Source: Lama guanicoe
Lineage: Eukaryota
Reading direction: 5' to 3'
NCBI GenBank assembly: GCA_013239625.1
Contig: MU053482.1
Span: forward strand, 2,145,168-2,209,167
Length of the DNA: 64,000 bases
Below are positions 47,901 to 56,804 of the stretch, one piece after another; position 1 is the stretch's first letter; each line of letters opens with the position of its first letter. The translations under genes were made by a program, and so were the position numbers. Under the pieces are notes generated by a model that saw only the letters and a list, made by a program, of their open reading frames with translations, was not told where the DNA came from and ran no database searches.

Positions 47901-50900
47901 AAACACACACACACACACACACACACATGCACGCACACGCAGATAATTATGCATGTAGGATAGGATAGAGAGGGCATGAATTAAGAGAATTAAAGAGAAA
48001 CAAACTTAAACAGAAAGCAGTGTGTGTGTATGTGTGTGTGTGTATGTGTGTGTGTTTATGTATGCATAGACAGAAAGTAAGAATTAAAAGTACAAAATAC
48101 ATGTCCTTCCCTCTGGTATTATTTCACAAGAATACGACCCAACCCTTGGTCATTAGTGACCTGGGCCATTCTCAGTAACATAGCAGGAAGCATTCATGCC
48201 AAGGGGTGCCCCATGTATTGTCAAGTTCACCCAGGGACTTTTTTGGAGGGAAGGCTATCTTCAGTTCTTGATGACAAGACACTTCTGAACTCAGCATGTT
48301 CTGGCCACAGAGCTTCTGAAAGTATCAGTATCGGGAAGAAGACCAAGTTGGGGTAATTGGGGCAGATTCCTGGGAGTCCAGGAAATAGCCACAGAGGCAC
48401 TAAGATGAGCTGTGGGTGCCATGAAGTGAGCCTGTCTGCAGGTTAAGGTTACACAGGGTCCAGCTTCCAATATGTCTAGTCCCTACCAAGCAGGTGTCTC
48501 GCCCACTTCCGAAGGAAGCTGCGTAGGAGGTGGCCATCCACCATTCCAGGGATGATCAACTAAGGTGGGTCCTGTCAGCTCAGTGGGCATCAGCATCCTC
48601 CCGTCACTAAGTGACCACCCCAGCTCTGGAGGTGGCATTCTCACTGCACTCCCCCAAGGCCATATTCTGAAGCTCAGAGGAGGAAAGGGAGGAAAGATGC
48701 TGAGTCCTATCAGCAAGTCCAGAAGTTTGTTCCCCAAGCCAGAGCAGGGGCTCAGCTCAGAAGCTGACATCCCACTCTGGGACAGTCCTGATAAGAATTC
48801 AAAAAAAAAAAACAAACCAGTGACACTCACAACTTGACCGTCCTGTTTCCAAAGCAGCCTCATCTCAAATGGCTGGAAGCCCACAACAGGGTCCAGGACA
48901 GCCTCATCCTCCAAGTGGGGCTACACCTGGGCCGCTACCTACAGAGACTCCTGAAGCCACTCACAGCTTGTCAGGGTAAGTAGAATGGTAGCTAGGGTCA
49001 GAGCAGAAACTGAGTCATCTTTTTGCCTCCAGAAAGCACATCTAAGATTCTACCAAAGCCATTCCTGCCTGCCCCCCAGCTGATTTCTAGGGAAGCACAA
49101 AAAGGACTGCTGAGCTCCTCTCTGGGAGGGAACCCCAAGCCCTCTAGGACGCTGCAGCAATGAGTATAGAGTATTTATAAGAAAAGAAGCCCTCTCTGAG
49201 GCAGGTAGAAAATGATGCCTTACAGGAACATCCCCAGTGCCCTAGTCCAGTAAAAATGGGACTGCTGTTCAAGCAGAACCAGGCACTATGCAAAGCCAAG
49301 AGGGAGAGAAATGTAATTCCAGGAAACCATGCTAAAGACATTTGTATGGTTTTTAAACATGGTCTCCAAATTCTCTGACATGCCTGCTGTCAAAATGATC
49401 TTTTCTCTTGAATATGGGCTCTGTGACTGCTTAACCAATAGAACATGGTAGAAATGAATCTGTGCCACTTTTTAGGCCCAGGCCTCAAGAAACCAGCAGC
49501 TCTTACTTCCTATCCCCCATGCTGTGAGGAAGCCGAGGCCCTGGGGAGAGGGCACATAGGTGTCCTGACTGAGGTCCCAGCAACAGCTAGCATGGACCCC
49601 CAGACATGTGAAGTAGGACACCTCCAGGAGACAGAGGCCCCGAGCCACTGAGTCCCCCTAAGCTTTGAGGTCTTTCCAGCTGAGTCCTCAGACATTATAA
49701 GCAGGGACCAGCCATCCCTGCAGTATCTATGGAGTCTGTGAGCATAATAAAATGATTGTTTTACACTATAAATTTTGAGGGGAGAGAGGGTATAGCTCAG
49801 TGGCAGAGCATGCACGAGGTCCTGGGTTCAATCCCCAGTACCTCCACTAAAAATAAATAAATGAATAAATAAATACATAAACCTAATTACCTACCCCCAC
49901 CAAAAAAAAAAAAACTTAAAAAAAAAGACTACGCTCTAAATTTTGGGGTAGTTATGTGGCAGTAGATAAATGGCACCAATTTCAGTACCTAAAAGTCGGG
50001 TGCTGTTGAAACACTGAGTGTGGGACTGAGTGATGCCTGTTGTGGGGGTGGGGCTTCAGGGAAAATAAGAAAAATGTTACTAGAAGCTACAGGAAAGGGG
50101 ACCCTCATAATGTTGAAAAGTTTGGTAACTCTGTCACCTGTGGTAACACGGGAAATAGGAAATACACCTAATATATTAGATGAACTAGCCAAAGACATTT
50201 CCGGGCAGAGTGCTGAAGGGGCCAACTGATGATTTCTAGCTGCTCTAGTAAAAGAGAAAAGAGGTGAGCCAGAGAGGAAACTGTTCAGTTTTGTAACAAA
50301 ATTTAAAGGAAATATAAATGAGAAAGGGTTTTGTGTGTTAGAAAATAAAACCTGTTTTATTCTCTGTCTCTCTAGACAAGAAAAAAAAATTCTCAAATTA
50401 AGAAATGGCTTCCAGATTGTGATAAAGGTTACACAGTGTGTGTGTGAACTTATCAAACTGTATACCTTAAACTACAAGTTTATTGTACTTTAATTATCCC
50501 TCATAAATCTTTTTTAAAAAAATCTAGAGTGGGACTGAAAGATCCTTTGTCAAGATCTAAAAAAAAGATTTAAAGTGTTGCCTCATAGAATCTTACAGAC
50601 AGATAGGCAAAGGTTTTCTAAGGTTCTTAAGGGTGAGCCTTGCAGATCCTCTGTAAATAATAAGACTTCTATAACTCTTAATAACCACTGTCCCGTAGCA
50701 ATCTCACAGGGAAAAATCACCCGGAAGTGATCTGTACGTGTGCCTTTTGCCTACTGCAGTGGATTATAAAGTGATTCATAAGAAGCCCACAAAGTTTTTA
50801 AAGGAAGTGTATTAGCTGGACTGAAAAGAACAGATAGTATAAAATGAAAAGAAGACTTTGGACCCTTGAAATATTATGGGCATGAAGCAGATGGAGAAAA

Positions 50901-53900
50901 CTACTCACCTGCAAGAATGGGCTATTTTTTATGAAAAAGGAAGAATGACTGAGAGGGTAGAACCAAAAGCCCTGGAGCTAGAGACAAGGAAAATGACTCT
51001 CAAGCAGTAGGACCAAGACCTACTCAAGGAATTGGCAACATGTGTCTCAATGAATATAAAAGCAGGTACGGGCCAGTAACTGCTGAGTGGCCTCCAGTTT
51101 TCCCCTTTTTGAAAAGTATCTTCAGTGGTTACCCTAAGCCTGTACTACCAGTGTATTTTGGGTGGCATATATATAGTCTCGTTAGTTTATAGGTCTTCAG
51201 ATCAAGAGGAATAGTACTCAAAGAATTACACACAATGAAAGGGACTGCACCCAAACATTCTCATCTTTAGCTGGACCTGATTTAAATGATGAGATCTTAT
51301 ACTTCAAGCTGATGCTATTAATGGGATAAGGCTTGGGATCTTAGAGGAGAGACTTAGTGTATTTTGCATGTGGGAAGGATGTGAATTTTTGTGACCAGAG
51401 AGCAGACCAGGGGCAGTTGGTATTTTCCAAAGACAGTGACCACAACATACCCCATCTCACATGCCCATCTCACCATGTAATACTGATATTTCTCTCATCA
51501 AGTGGAACTATTTTCTCTCCCCATGTGTGATGCTATGATTTATAGTACGAAATACGTATTTGGTCTTCATCACCACTTCTGGCACATAGCTCCTAATAAA
51601 ACCCTTAAAATTTCCCTAAGTGAAGACAACAATCAAGGTGTCTTTTGTTATGTTAATGAAGTGACTTTGGGACCACACCTAAGGTTGGGGGCTGGCTGCC
51701 AGGAGAACTAGCCTTGTGATTAGAGGATCTGCAGCTTTCATTCCCTCCACCTCCCAACTCTGAGGAGGGAAGGGGGGGGGTGTCAGAGGTTGATTCAATC
51801 ACCAATGGCCAATGTGTTAATCAATAACACCTATGTGTATGAAGCCACCATAAAAGCCCAAAAGGGCAGGGTTCAGAGAGCTTCCAGGCTGGTGAACCAG
51901 GATGCTTCCACCTGCCAACATGCCAGGCCCAAGCTCCATGGGCCAAGCTCCTTTGTTAGAGACCTCACCCTTTGTATCTCTTCACCTGGCTGTTGATCTC
52001 TATCCTTTAAGATCCTTGGTAATAAACTGGTAATCTAGTGAGTAAACAGGTTTCCTGAGTTCAAGCCACTCCAACTGATGCCACAAGGTATAGAGATAAG
52101 CTTTTCCTATTGGGCCCTACCCAGACTGCAATTTGTGAGCCAAAATAAATGGCCATTAATGTTTAAAGCCACTAAGTTTAGGGTCATTTGTTACGTAGCA
52201 ATAAATAATCAGATAATATTGATGATACACAGATTCTAGAAAGCATCCCAGGTGACTGGGGGCCCCTAAGGTCATAGGTCCGTCTGGTGTGCCGTGGCCA
52301 GGCAGGCTCTGCAACAGCATCTTCTACCCGTACCCCCTACTACTCTCTGGAGATTTTCTTCTCTGTAAGCCCCTACCCTCTTCCTGAAGTCTACGGCAAA
52401 GGCTCCAACTCTCTACTCATTTTGTCAGGGGGGCCTCAAAACCTCTTCGGATTTCACCACATCATAAACCAAGGCCTCCCTTTGCACAGAAACCTACAAA
52501 TGTGAGTTGAAATTATGGTTCCACTGTCAACCACCTGCATGGACTTTAGCTTGTTCATACATAACATCAAGTAACTGAGCCAAATGCATCCCAAGACCCC
52601 CTCCACCTCTCATACTCCAAAATAGTATGTGCAGTCTTCTGTTGTCCCAGGCTTGGAGGAAACAGAAGTCAGTCAGTCCTTGACCCGAAGAAGTCTACGC
52701 TTTTATAGACACTCAAGTTTCCCATACATCCATCCATCCAGAAGTAAGGTTCCCAGAACACAATTCTGACAGCCTGCATTTATTTCCAAGTCACAATGAC
52801 CCAAATGCTGGAGTTTATAGTGAAGAAGCTGCTGAGTAAATCAGCAGGCACACGTCTTCTGAGACAGCCCCCAGTGCCTGCCAAGCCTTACAGCACAAGT
52901 GAAATCTCCTGAGAGCAACAAGTGGCAAAGTTCACCCCGTCTAGGTAGCTGAAGTAGCTCCGAATATAACACTATCTTGTTTACAAGTCACCAAGCTGTT
53001 TTGAGTCCCACCCAGGTCAACACTAACATCATAAAGCCTGACCTCTGGAATTCAGAGGAACTCTGAGAATCTCATCTCCCACACCCCAAAATAGATGCAG
53101 CCAAATCTTATGTGCTGGAGTGGGAGCAGCCTGTGGGGAGGTGAAGCTGCTAAGAGTGAAGCACTGTTCCCCTTTGGCCTCACCAACAAGGAGAACGGGA
53201 AACCTGCTCCAGAAGACCAAAATACAGCAAAGAGCAAAGCTCTGGGGGGCAAATGAATGGTTTAGGTTTCCTCCTCTTACATATCCTGCCAAATGAAGAC
53301 TGGGCTGTAAAGGAAAAGGAAGAGAATAAATTAGCAAAACACCCATAAAAACCCAATAATGGAATGGAATCCAGGATTCTTAACCCAAACTGGCTTAATG
53401 GTGGCACAGGTGAAGTCTTATTCAAATTAAGGATACAGTCTTGCAAATACATATCCCAGCAGTTCCACAGGTTTCCACCTGCCTTTCCCCATCAGTTTTT
53501 CATACCCCAGAGTCCCCCGCCCCTAAAGCTAGATGCAAATGCCTCTCAGTATCACTGAGCTCCTCTGCCTCCATGTGGATGTTGTGAAGGTCCCCAGAGC
53601 AGCAAGGGCGTGAAAGGCCCAGCTTCCCAAGGCCCTAGCACTCCTGCACTCCCCAACCAAAGTTCTGGTCACACTCGGGAATCTTTTGACACTGGGACTC
53701 CTGGGCTGGCAGTGATCAGGGCTCCAAGTCACAGCCAAATATCTACTGAAAGGTCACACTAAGAAATCTGGGTACCAAGGTCATCAATCCAAACTTAAAA
53801 AAAGAGAATGGATCATCCCTCTTTATCCCCCACTGTCCACCACAGAGTCCAGCACCTAAGAGGAGAGCCCTCAGAGTTCACTGACGACTTCCTAAATGAA

Positions 53901-55861
53901 TTGGTGACTTACTGCCCTACTCAGCCCTGAGAACACCCCCAGATGTGGCTGGGGGTGAAGGCAGCCAGAAACCACCAGATGACACTATTGAAATAGCAAT
54001 TACAGTCCAGCTGTGGCCTTTGAGAGAAGGATGAAGCTAGCCACAGAGGCCTATGACTCCATGCCCAAAGCCCAGAAAAACAGGGAGGAAGGGAGGCAAG
54101 CGGAAATGTGGCAGGAAGGAAGGGGAGACTCAGAGGGAAACGGGCTTTTTTAGGCACATCAGAGGTTCAGATATTTACAAATACCATGCGTCATGTTCTG
54201 ATGGCAAGCACGCTGGGAAGCTAAAGGAAGAGCAAATTCTAAAGATGTTTAAAACATGTAGCTATGTACTGCAAACAGAAACTGCCGTGCCTGTCAGCAG
54301 TTCTGATCCTGCTTTGTGACTTCATGTAAACACAGCACCCCCATCCCACCCCACACACAGTGGAAATCAGGAAAAAAAAAAAAATGAATGCCTGAAGGAG
54401 TTGAGAGCTCCTGGGTACGGTAATTTCTAATTCAGGTTCTAAATATACTATTTCCTTTAATTTAAGAATAATATGATACAATCATACATAATGTTTATTT
54501 CACCCCTACAGTCTCACATTAAAAAATGGGAACCTTAATTCCCAGTCTCCATCTGCCAACATAGTCACAGTCAGACCGCAGAGTAAGAAATGCCAGCAGA
54601 CTGAGGAGAGCCCAGCAAAGCGGTTCCTCAGAAGCAGACAATGGGAGACAAAGACTCTGAGATCTAGACCTGTTTCTGCCTCGGCCACTAACGTGCGCTG
54701 GGCGAGTTCCATTTTTCTATTTGCTTTTACCCAGGAAGTTGGTCCCGGCCATTCTTAGCCTCACCCAGTTTAGAGAAGCAAGTACACAAGCACCTCTAGT
54801 CCAGGTTACAGGGAATGTGTGGGCAGGGGACGTTCTTACTGCTCTTGCTACCAGAGAGTGGACATTCAATTTGTCTAAGTCCCAAGCTCTTACTTAGTTA
54901 ACAAGCCAGAACCGACCAACTTTTGTTTGGTTGGCACTGTCCATCCTGACCATTTCCACTGGGACCAAACTCTGCACGTGTGGTATACAGAATTCTTCCT
55001 GCCTCGTTCATGTCAGTCACTCCCCAGGGGCTCCATCCTGTGCCCCAATCTACCGGCCATATCCAGACTCCAGGTCTAAACAAACCAAACAGCTATGACT
55101 GCAGCTGGCCAGCCCTGAGTGTGCCACACTCCACTGGACTCCACCTGGCAGTGCATAGCCGAGATATCCAGGAAGGCACCAGCCTGGTCCCAGTCTCAGA
55201 TGAGCATCCTTCTCACAGCTATCCATTCTGGTGGCTGAGGTTCCAAAAGCCACATCTGTCCACCTGAGATTCAGTAGAAGGAGAGGCTATGAAAGGTATG
55301 TGGCTTTAATAAAAGAGGTTATTTTAGGACATCAGCATCCAGCTTTGGCCAAAACCTGAGAGGCCCCAGTGAGGGCTGCACATCTATCTGTTAGCTCTGA
55401 AAGCTTCTGTCTCATCCTAGGGAGGGAGCTAACGTTTATTGGGTGGTTTTTTTGTTTTGTTTTGTTTTGCTTTGCTTTGGCGAGGCACTATCTGAGCACT
55501 TATACATTATTATATCATTTAATCCTTCAGAAACTCTATGGGATATGTAGTATTACTACTTTATAGATGAGTAACCAAAATCTTAGAGGGCATAAAAAAT
55601 GCCTTGAGATGTCACTGTTTGTAGAGAGCTTGGCACAGATTATTCACGTGGATGACTGTCAGAATCATGACGATAATCATTTCCATTTGGCAGGAATCCT
55701 ACCCAGGACACAGGCCATTAGATGTCCCTTGATGCTACCCTCCAGTGAGCCCCATTCCCCCAGCAGTGCTCCCCTACTCACCTGCTCAGAGTCCCCCGAG
55801 GGGCCTTAGTGCCTCCAGCTCCGTGGGTGATGCTGGAATTCTTGTTGGCAGTCATGGTCAT
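5899..55861 (-). CDS. DENND2B: DENN domain-containing protein 2B / suppression of tumorigenicity 5, long isoform (1137 aa, 19 coding exons); Rab GEF with a Pro-rich N-terminus and C-terminal uDENN-DENN-dDENN module
   Basis: Exons joined by hand at GT-AG sites with matching phases give 3414 nt. The N-terminus MTMTANKNSSITHGAGGTKAPRGTLSRSQSVSPPP and C-terminus GNKMKFLHKKN* match ST5/DENND2B as I recall it. DENN motifs include QFCFPD, FGYCRR and YPFSWQHTFIPVLP. Confidence 0.97.
6466..6552 (-). CDS. DENND2B: DENND2B coding exon 18 (87 nt)
   Basis: GLFEQRVEQYLEELPDTEQSGMNKFLRGL; ttccccag| acceptor; G|GTAAGT donor. Confidence 0.95.
7425..7664 (-). CDS. DENND2B: DENND2B coding exon 17 (240 nt, dDENN)
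   Basis: ECNTLNGLVSEVFIRFFVETVGHYSLFL...FMESQMFAGFIQDRELRKCRAK; G|GTAAGG donor. Confidence 0.96.
8396..8507 (-). CDS. DENND2B: DENND2B coding exon 16 (112 nt)
   Basis: MDDEDTLLPRKLQAALEQALERKSELISQDSDSDSDD; ctctgcag| acceptor; G|GTAAGT donor. Confidence 0.95.
8545..8745 (-). mobile_element. MIR SINE
   Basis: Core attatcaacctcattttaagatgaggagctgaggcagagagag...ttgtccaaggtcacag. Confidence 0.75.
9040..9235 (-). mobile_element. MIR SINE
   Basis: gttttacagatgagaactctggctcagagaagtt...ccaagatca. Confidence 0.7.
9483..9524 (-). CDS. DENND2B: DENND2B coding exon 15 (42 nt)
   Basis: ALMVNLGSDRFIRQ; tttttctcag| acceptor; CAG|GTAAGA donor. Confidence 0.94.
9827..10004 (-). CDS. DENND2B: DENND2B coding exon 14 (178 nt)
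   Basis: TLSSCSHAVVALLYPFSWQHTFIPVLPASMIDIVCCPTPFLVGLLSSSLPKLKELPVEE (DENN core); GAG|GTGGGC donor. Confidence 0.95.
12346..12711 (+). mobile_element. MaLR solo LTR (MLT1A/MST-like)
   Basis: Starts tatggtctgaatgtctgtgtcccc; has aataaacttctgttgtttataagcca; ends ggactaagaca. Confidence 0.85.
13592..13740 (-). CDS. DENND2B: DENND2B coding exon 13 (149 nt)
   Basis: VLELRRPMDSRLEHVDFECLFTCLSVRQLIRIFASLLLERRVIFVADKL; ctcctgcag| acceptor. Confidence 0.95.
15662..15866 (-). mobile_element. tRNA-Ala-derived SINE (camelid Vic-1-like) with A-rich tail
   Basis: Head GGGTATAGCTCAAGTGGTAGAGCGCTTGCTTAGCATGC...GGTTCAAGCCC (A and B boxes); perfect flanking repeat caaacccagtgtttcttt at 15644-15661 and 15867-15884. 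Confidence 0.9.
15890..17480 (+). mobile_element. LINE-2 fragment(s), degenerate
   Basis: Pyrimidine-rich L2-like body; 3' end gactatgaactcc...cagtaaatatttgatgaatgaataaa. Confidence 0.7.
17705..17845 (-). CDS. DENND2B: DENND2B coding exon 12 (141 nt)
   Basis: VLDEVERRRGISAALVYPFMRSLMESPFPAPGKTIKVKTFLPGAGNE; GAG|GTAGGG donor. Confidence 0.94.
18398..18475 (-). CDS. DENND2B: DENND2B coding exon 11 (78 nt)
   Basis: PSGKGPRLPEVYCVISRLGCFGLFSK; AAG|GTAAGA donor. Confidence 0.95.
19005..19215 (-). mobile_element. MIR SINE
   Basis: tatttactgaatgtttac...ggtattattatctccattttattgatggggaaacc...ccaaaggtca. Confidence 0.7.
20030..20230 (+). mobile_element. MIR SINE
   Basis: tgtgtgacccagggcaagtcc...tctgaatctcagtttct...ataatacctcatggg. 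Confidence 0.7.
20270..20409 (+). mobile_element. L2 3' end with (GAAT)n tail
   Basis: agattaaagctccttgaag...tgaatgaatgactgaatgaatgaatgaatgaatg. Confidence 0.65.
21134..21169. repeat. (CA)n microsatellite
   Basis: cacacacacacacacacgcacacacacacacacac. Confidence 0.95.
21211..21280 (-). CDS. DENND2B: DENND2B coding exon 10 (70 nt)
   Basis: ETFSFMLTGEDGSRRFGYCRRLL; ttccag| acceptor; CTG|GTGAGT donor. Confidence 0.95.
21471..21580 (-). CDS. DENND2B: DENND2B coding exon 9 (110 nt, uDENN)
   Basis: LDRPTKQMREAEERLKAIPQFCFPDAKDWLPVSEYS; ttgcag| acceptor; AG|GTGAGG donor. Confidence 0.95.
21765..22140 (-). mobile_element. LINE-2 3' fragment
   Basis: tcatttattcattcac...gtgctgggta...gtccctgtccct...ttccaggcaaagg, typical antisense L2. 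Confidence 0.6.
22213..22368 (+). mobile_element. L1M (L1MB-like) 3' end
   Basis: gactgctaatggg...ggtgatgaaaatgttctaaa...gtgaattgtatagtatgtgattttatctcaataaa plus A-tail. Confidence 0.8.
22648..22832 (-). CDS. DENND2B: DENND2B coding exon 8 (185 nt)
   Basis: AHTQRLVHIQSMLKRAPSYRTLELELLEWQERELFEYFVVVSLKKKPSRNTYLPEVSYQFPK; AAG|GTGAGG donor. Confidence 0.95.
23874..23918 (-). CDS. DENND2B: DENND2B coding exon 7 (45 nt)
   Basis: DENSESESDSDDRFK; ttttccag| acceptor; G|GTGAGC donor. Confidence 0.94.
24545..24641 (-). CDS. DENND2B: DENND2B coding exon 6 (97 nt)
   Basis: LVQRINSIYNAKRGKKRLKKLSMSSIETSSLR; cccag| acceptor; G|GTAAGT donor. Confidence 0.95.
25518..25557. repeat. (GCCT)n tetranucleotide repeat
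   Basis: gcctgcttgcctgcctgcctgcctgcctgcctgcctgcc. Confidence 0.9.
25597..25812 (-). CDS. DENND2B: DENND2B coding exon 5 (216 nt)
   Basis: VSLKPGSQTLRSGNWSERKSHRLPRLPKRHSHDD...RRARRIPK; phase 0-0; donor AAG|GTAGCC. Confidence 0.93.
27355..27506 (-). CDS. DENND2B: DENND2B coding exon 4 (152 nt)
   Basis: GDLPKENPYEDVDLKSRRAGRKSQQLSENSLDSLHRMWSPQDRKYNHPPAQ; ctgcag| acceptor; CAG|GTAACG donor. Confidence 0.95.
27553..27592. repeat. (CA)n microsatellite
   Basis: acacacaaacacacacacacacacacacacatacacacac. Confidence 0.95.
29612..29790 (+). mobile_element. MER20-like hAT-Charlie MITE
   Basis: actactgacatttgggctggataattctt...aaccaaaaatgtctccagacactgtcaaatgtcccctg. Confidence 0.85.
33900..34370 (+). 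mobile_element. ERVL-class solo LTR (MER54/MER73/MER74-like)
   Basis: agccttggaagacagagaagtgtctccctcc...aagcttggggttcctcagc...aataaagtcctttgtctc. Confidence 0.55.
34420..34630 (-). mobile_element. MIR SINE
   Basis: tctcatttaatcctaacaataatcctgtga...aagttaagtgatttgcctaagg. Confidence 0.7.
34886..35022 (-). CDS. DENND2B: DENND2B coding exon 3 (137 nt)
   Basis: KSFEFEDASSLQSLYPSSPTENGTESQPKFGSKSTLEENAYEDIV; cag| acceptor; G|GTAAGC donor. Confidence 0.95.
38416..39675 (-). CDS. DENND2B: DENND2B coding exon 2 (1260 nt, phase 2-2, Pro/Ser-rich)
   Basis: Contained in ORF 38412..39737; acceptor T-tract...cctag|GTCTCAG; donor CAG|GTAATG. Confidence 0.96.
40342..40547. mobile_element. MER63-like hAT-Blackjack MITE
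   Basis: Termini cagtggtgtgctg... and ...ccagcaagccact form an imperfect inverted repeat; internal ttccaatttcca...gatttcaagcta. Confidence 0.6.
40729..40858 (+). mobile_element. tRNA-Ala-derived SINE (Vic-1-like)
   Basis: GGGGAGGATATAGCTCAAGTGGTAGAATGCATGCTTAGCATGC...GGTTCAAGCCCC; TSD aagaaagagt(c/g)ctttcca at 40711-40728 and 40859-40876. Confidence 0.9.
41030..41190 (-). mobile_element. MIR SINE
   Basis: ctcatttaatcttcacaa...attatcctcattttacaaatgaaagacactgaggc. Confidence 0.7.
43230..43425 (+). mobile_element. MIR SINE
   Basis: gggtttaagttccagc...ttccttatctgtaaaacgga...cctcagagggctgttg. Confidence 0.65.
43545..44013 (+). mobile_element. MaLR solo LTR (MLT1F/G-like)
   Basis: aggtagagtctatt...cttgtgatttgctttgaccaatagaat...aagccatt...ggtttgctacactgcaatag. 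Confidence 0.75.
44780..46010 (-). mobile_element. LINE-2 fragment
   Basis: gtatttactgagcaccaactatataccagg...ttccaggcaaa...gagtcaaggatga...gatgagatca, typical antisense L2. Confidence 0.7.
46460..47200 (+). mobile_element. LINE-2 fragment
   Basis: Pyrimidine-rich body ending gcacctagaatttagtaag...taaatgaatgaac. Confidence 0.6.
47903..48056. repeat. (CA)n at 47903-47940 and (TG)n at 48020-48056
   Basis: Two dinucleotide tracts in opposite orientation about 80 nt apart. Confidence 0.9.
49779..49929 (+). mobile_element. tRNA-Ala-derived SINE (Vic-1-like) nested in an MLT1 LTR
   Basis: GGGTATAGCTCAGTGGCAGAGCATGCACGAGGTCCTGGGTTCAATCCCC; imperfect TSD tacactataaattttg / tacgctctaaattttg. Confidence 0.88.
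51526..52075 (+). mobile_element. MER21-like LTR nested in an MLT1 LTR
   Basis: tgtgatgctatgattta...atttggtcttc...tctggcacatagctcctaataaaaccctt...gagcttccaggctggtgaac...aataaactggtaa. Confidence 0.7.
55425..55600 (-). mobile_element. MIR SINE
   Basis: aggcactatctgagcacttatac...atcatttaatccttcag...ttatagatgagtaaacc. Confidence 0.6.
55782..55861 (-). CDS. DENND2B: DENND2B coding exon 1 (80 coding nt; exon likely starts at 55886)
   Basis: ATG at 55861; MTMTANKNSSITHGAGGTKAPRGTLS; donor CAG|GTGAGT; acceptor tctttgcag| before 55886. Confidence 0.95.
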
Positions 55862-56804
55862 TTCTGCTCTCTGCAAACACAGAGCCCTGCAAAGAAGACA
55901 TGATCTATAAGCCAAGTTTCCATGGGCAGCCAAAAGTACCTCAAACATTTCCAGATGACCTCCAAAAGTGCCAGCAGGGTTTCTGTGGTGGGTAGCAGGA
56001 ACCACTTTCCCACATATACTTAATTTCAAGTGTTATAGGTTAAGAGCCACAAGGGATCCCTGATCTGGGTTGGGGAAGGGTCTGTGAGCTAACAGATAAC
56101 TTACCACTTCAGAGAAAATGATTTTAAAAGCTCCTTTTCCATCCTGCTTCTTCTCATTTCTTAAGTTAGAGTTTCCCAAACTCCTGGCATGCCACACAGC
56201 CTTTATGAATTTTGCCATATTTGCATGCCTTCTGAACAACTATTTAGTCAATATGTTTCTTGAATCAACTTGAAACTGACTCGCTTTTCTTAAAATATTT
56301 AACCTTGTTCTAAACAATTAATCATTCATCGGACAAATATTTACTGAGTACCCATGTCCTAGGCACTGCCATCCAGCAAAGAGTGAGACAGTCTCTGCTC
56401 CCATGGAGCTTACGTCCCAGTGGATGGAAACAGACGATAAGCGCACACATCACACGTCTGATACACAGCGTACATTTGTGTATAACAGGTATGGGGATAA
56501 GTGGTAGGAAGAAATAACGAAGCAAGATAGAGGGAGAGTGAATATCTGATATTTAAATAGGATGTTCAGGGAAGAACATCCTGATAAAGTGACATTTGAT
56601 CCAACACCATAAAATTATGAACTATCATATTTTTATCATCTATTAAAATAAAATTAATACACTTTAAGGTATTTAACTACTTACAATGTGAAAAATGTCT
56701 ATACATGTACTATATATATATAGTTAGCTAATACATCACTATGCTTTAGGAAACATTATTTTATGCTAAAATAATGGAAGGAAGAAAAAGGTTAAAACTT
56801 AAGG

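Larger units (their letters stand above)
49343..52216 (+). mobile_element. MaLR (MLT1-type) provirus-like remnant: LTR ~49343-49977, internal ~49978-51407, LTR ~51408-52216, with nested insertions
   Basis: MLT1 LTR motifs (gcttaaccaatagaacatgg, aagccactaagtttagggtcatttgttacgtagcaata); internal start aatttcagtacctaaaagtcgggtgctg; internal end ...gaccagagagcagac. Confidence 0.7.
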
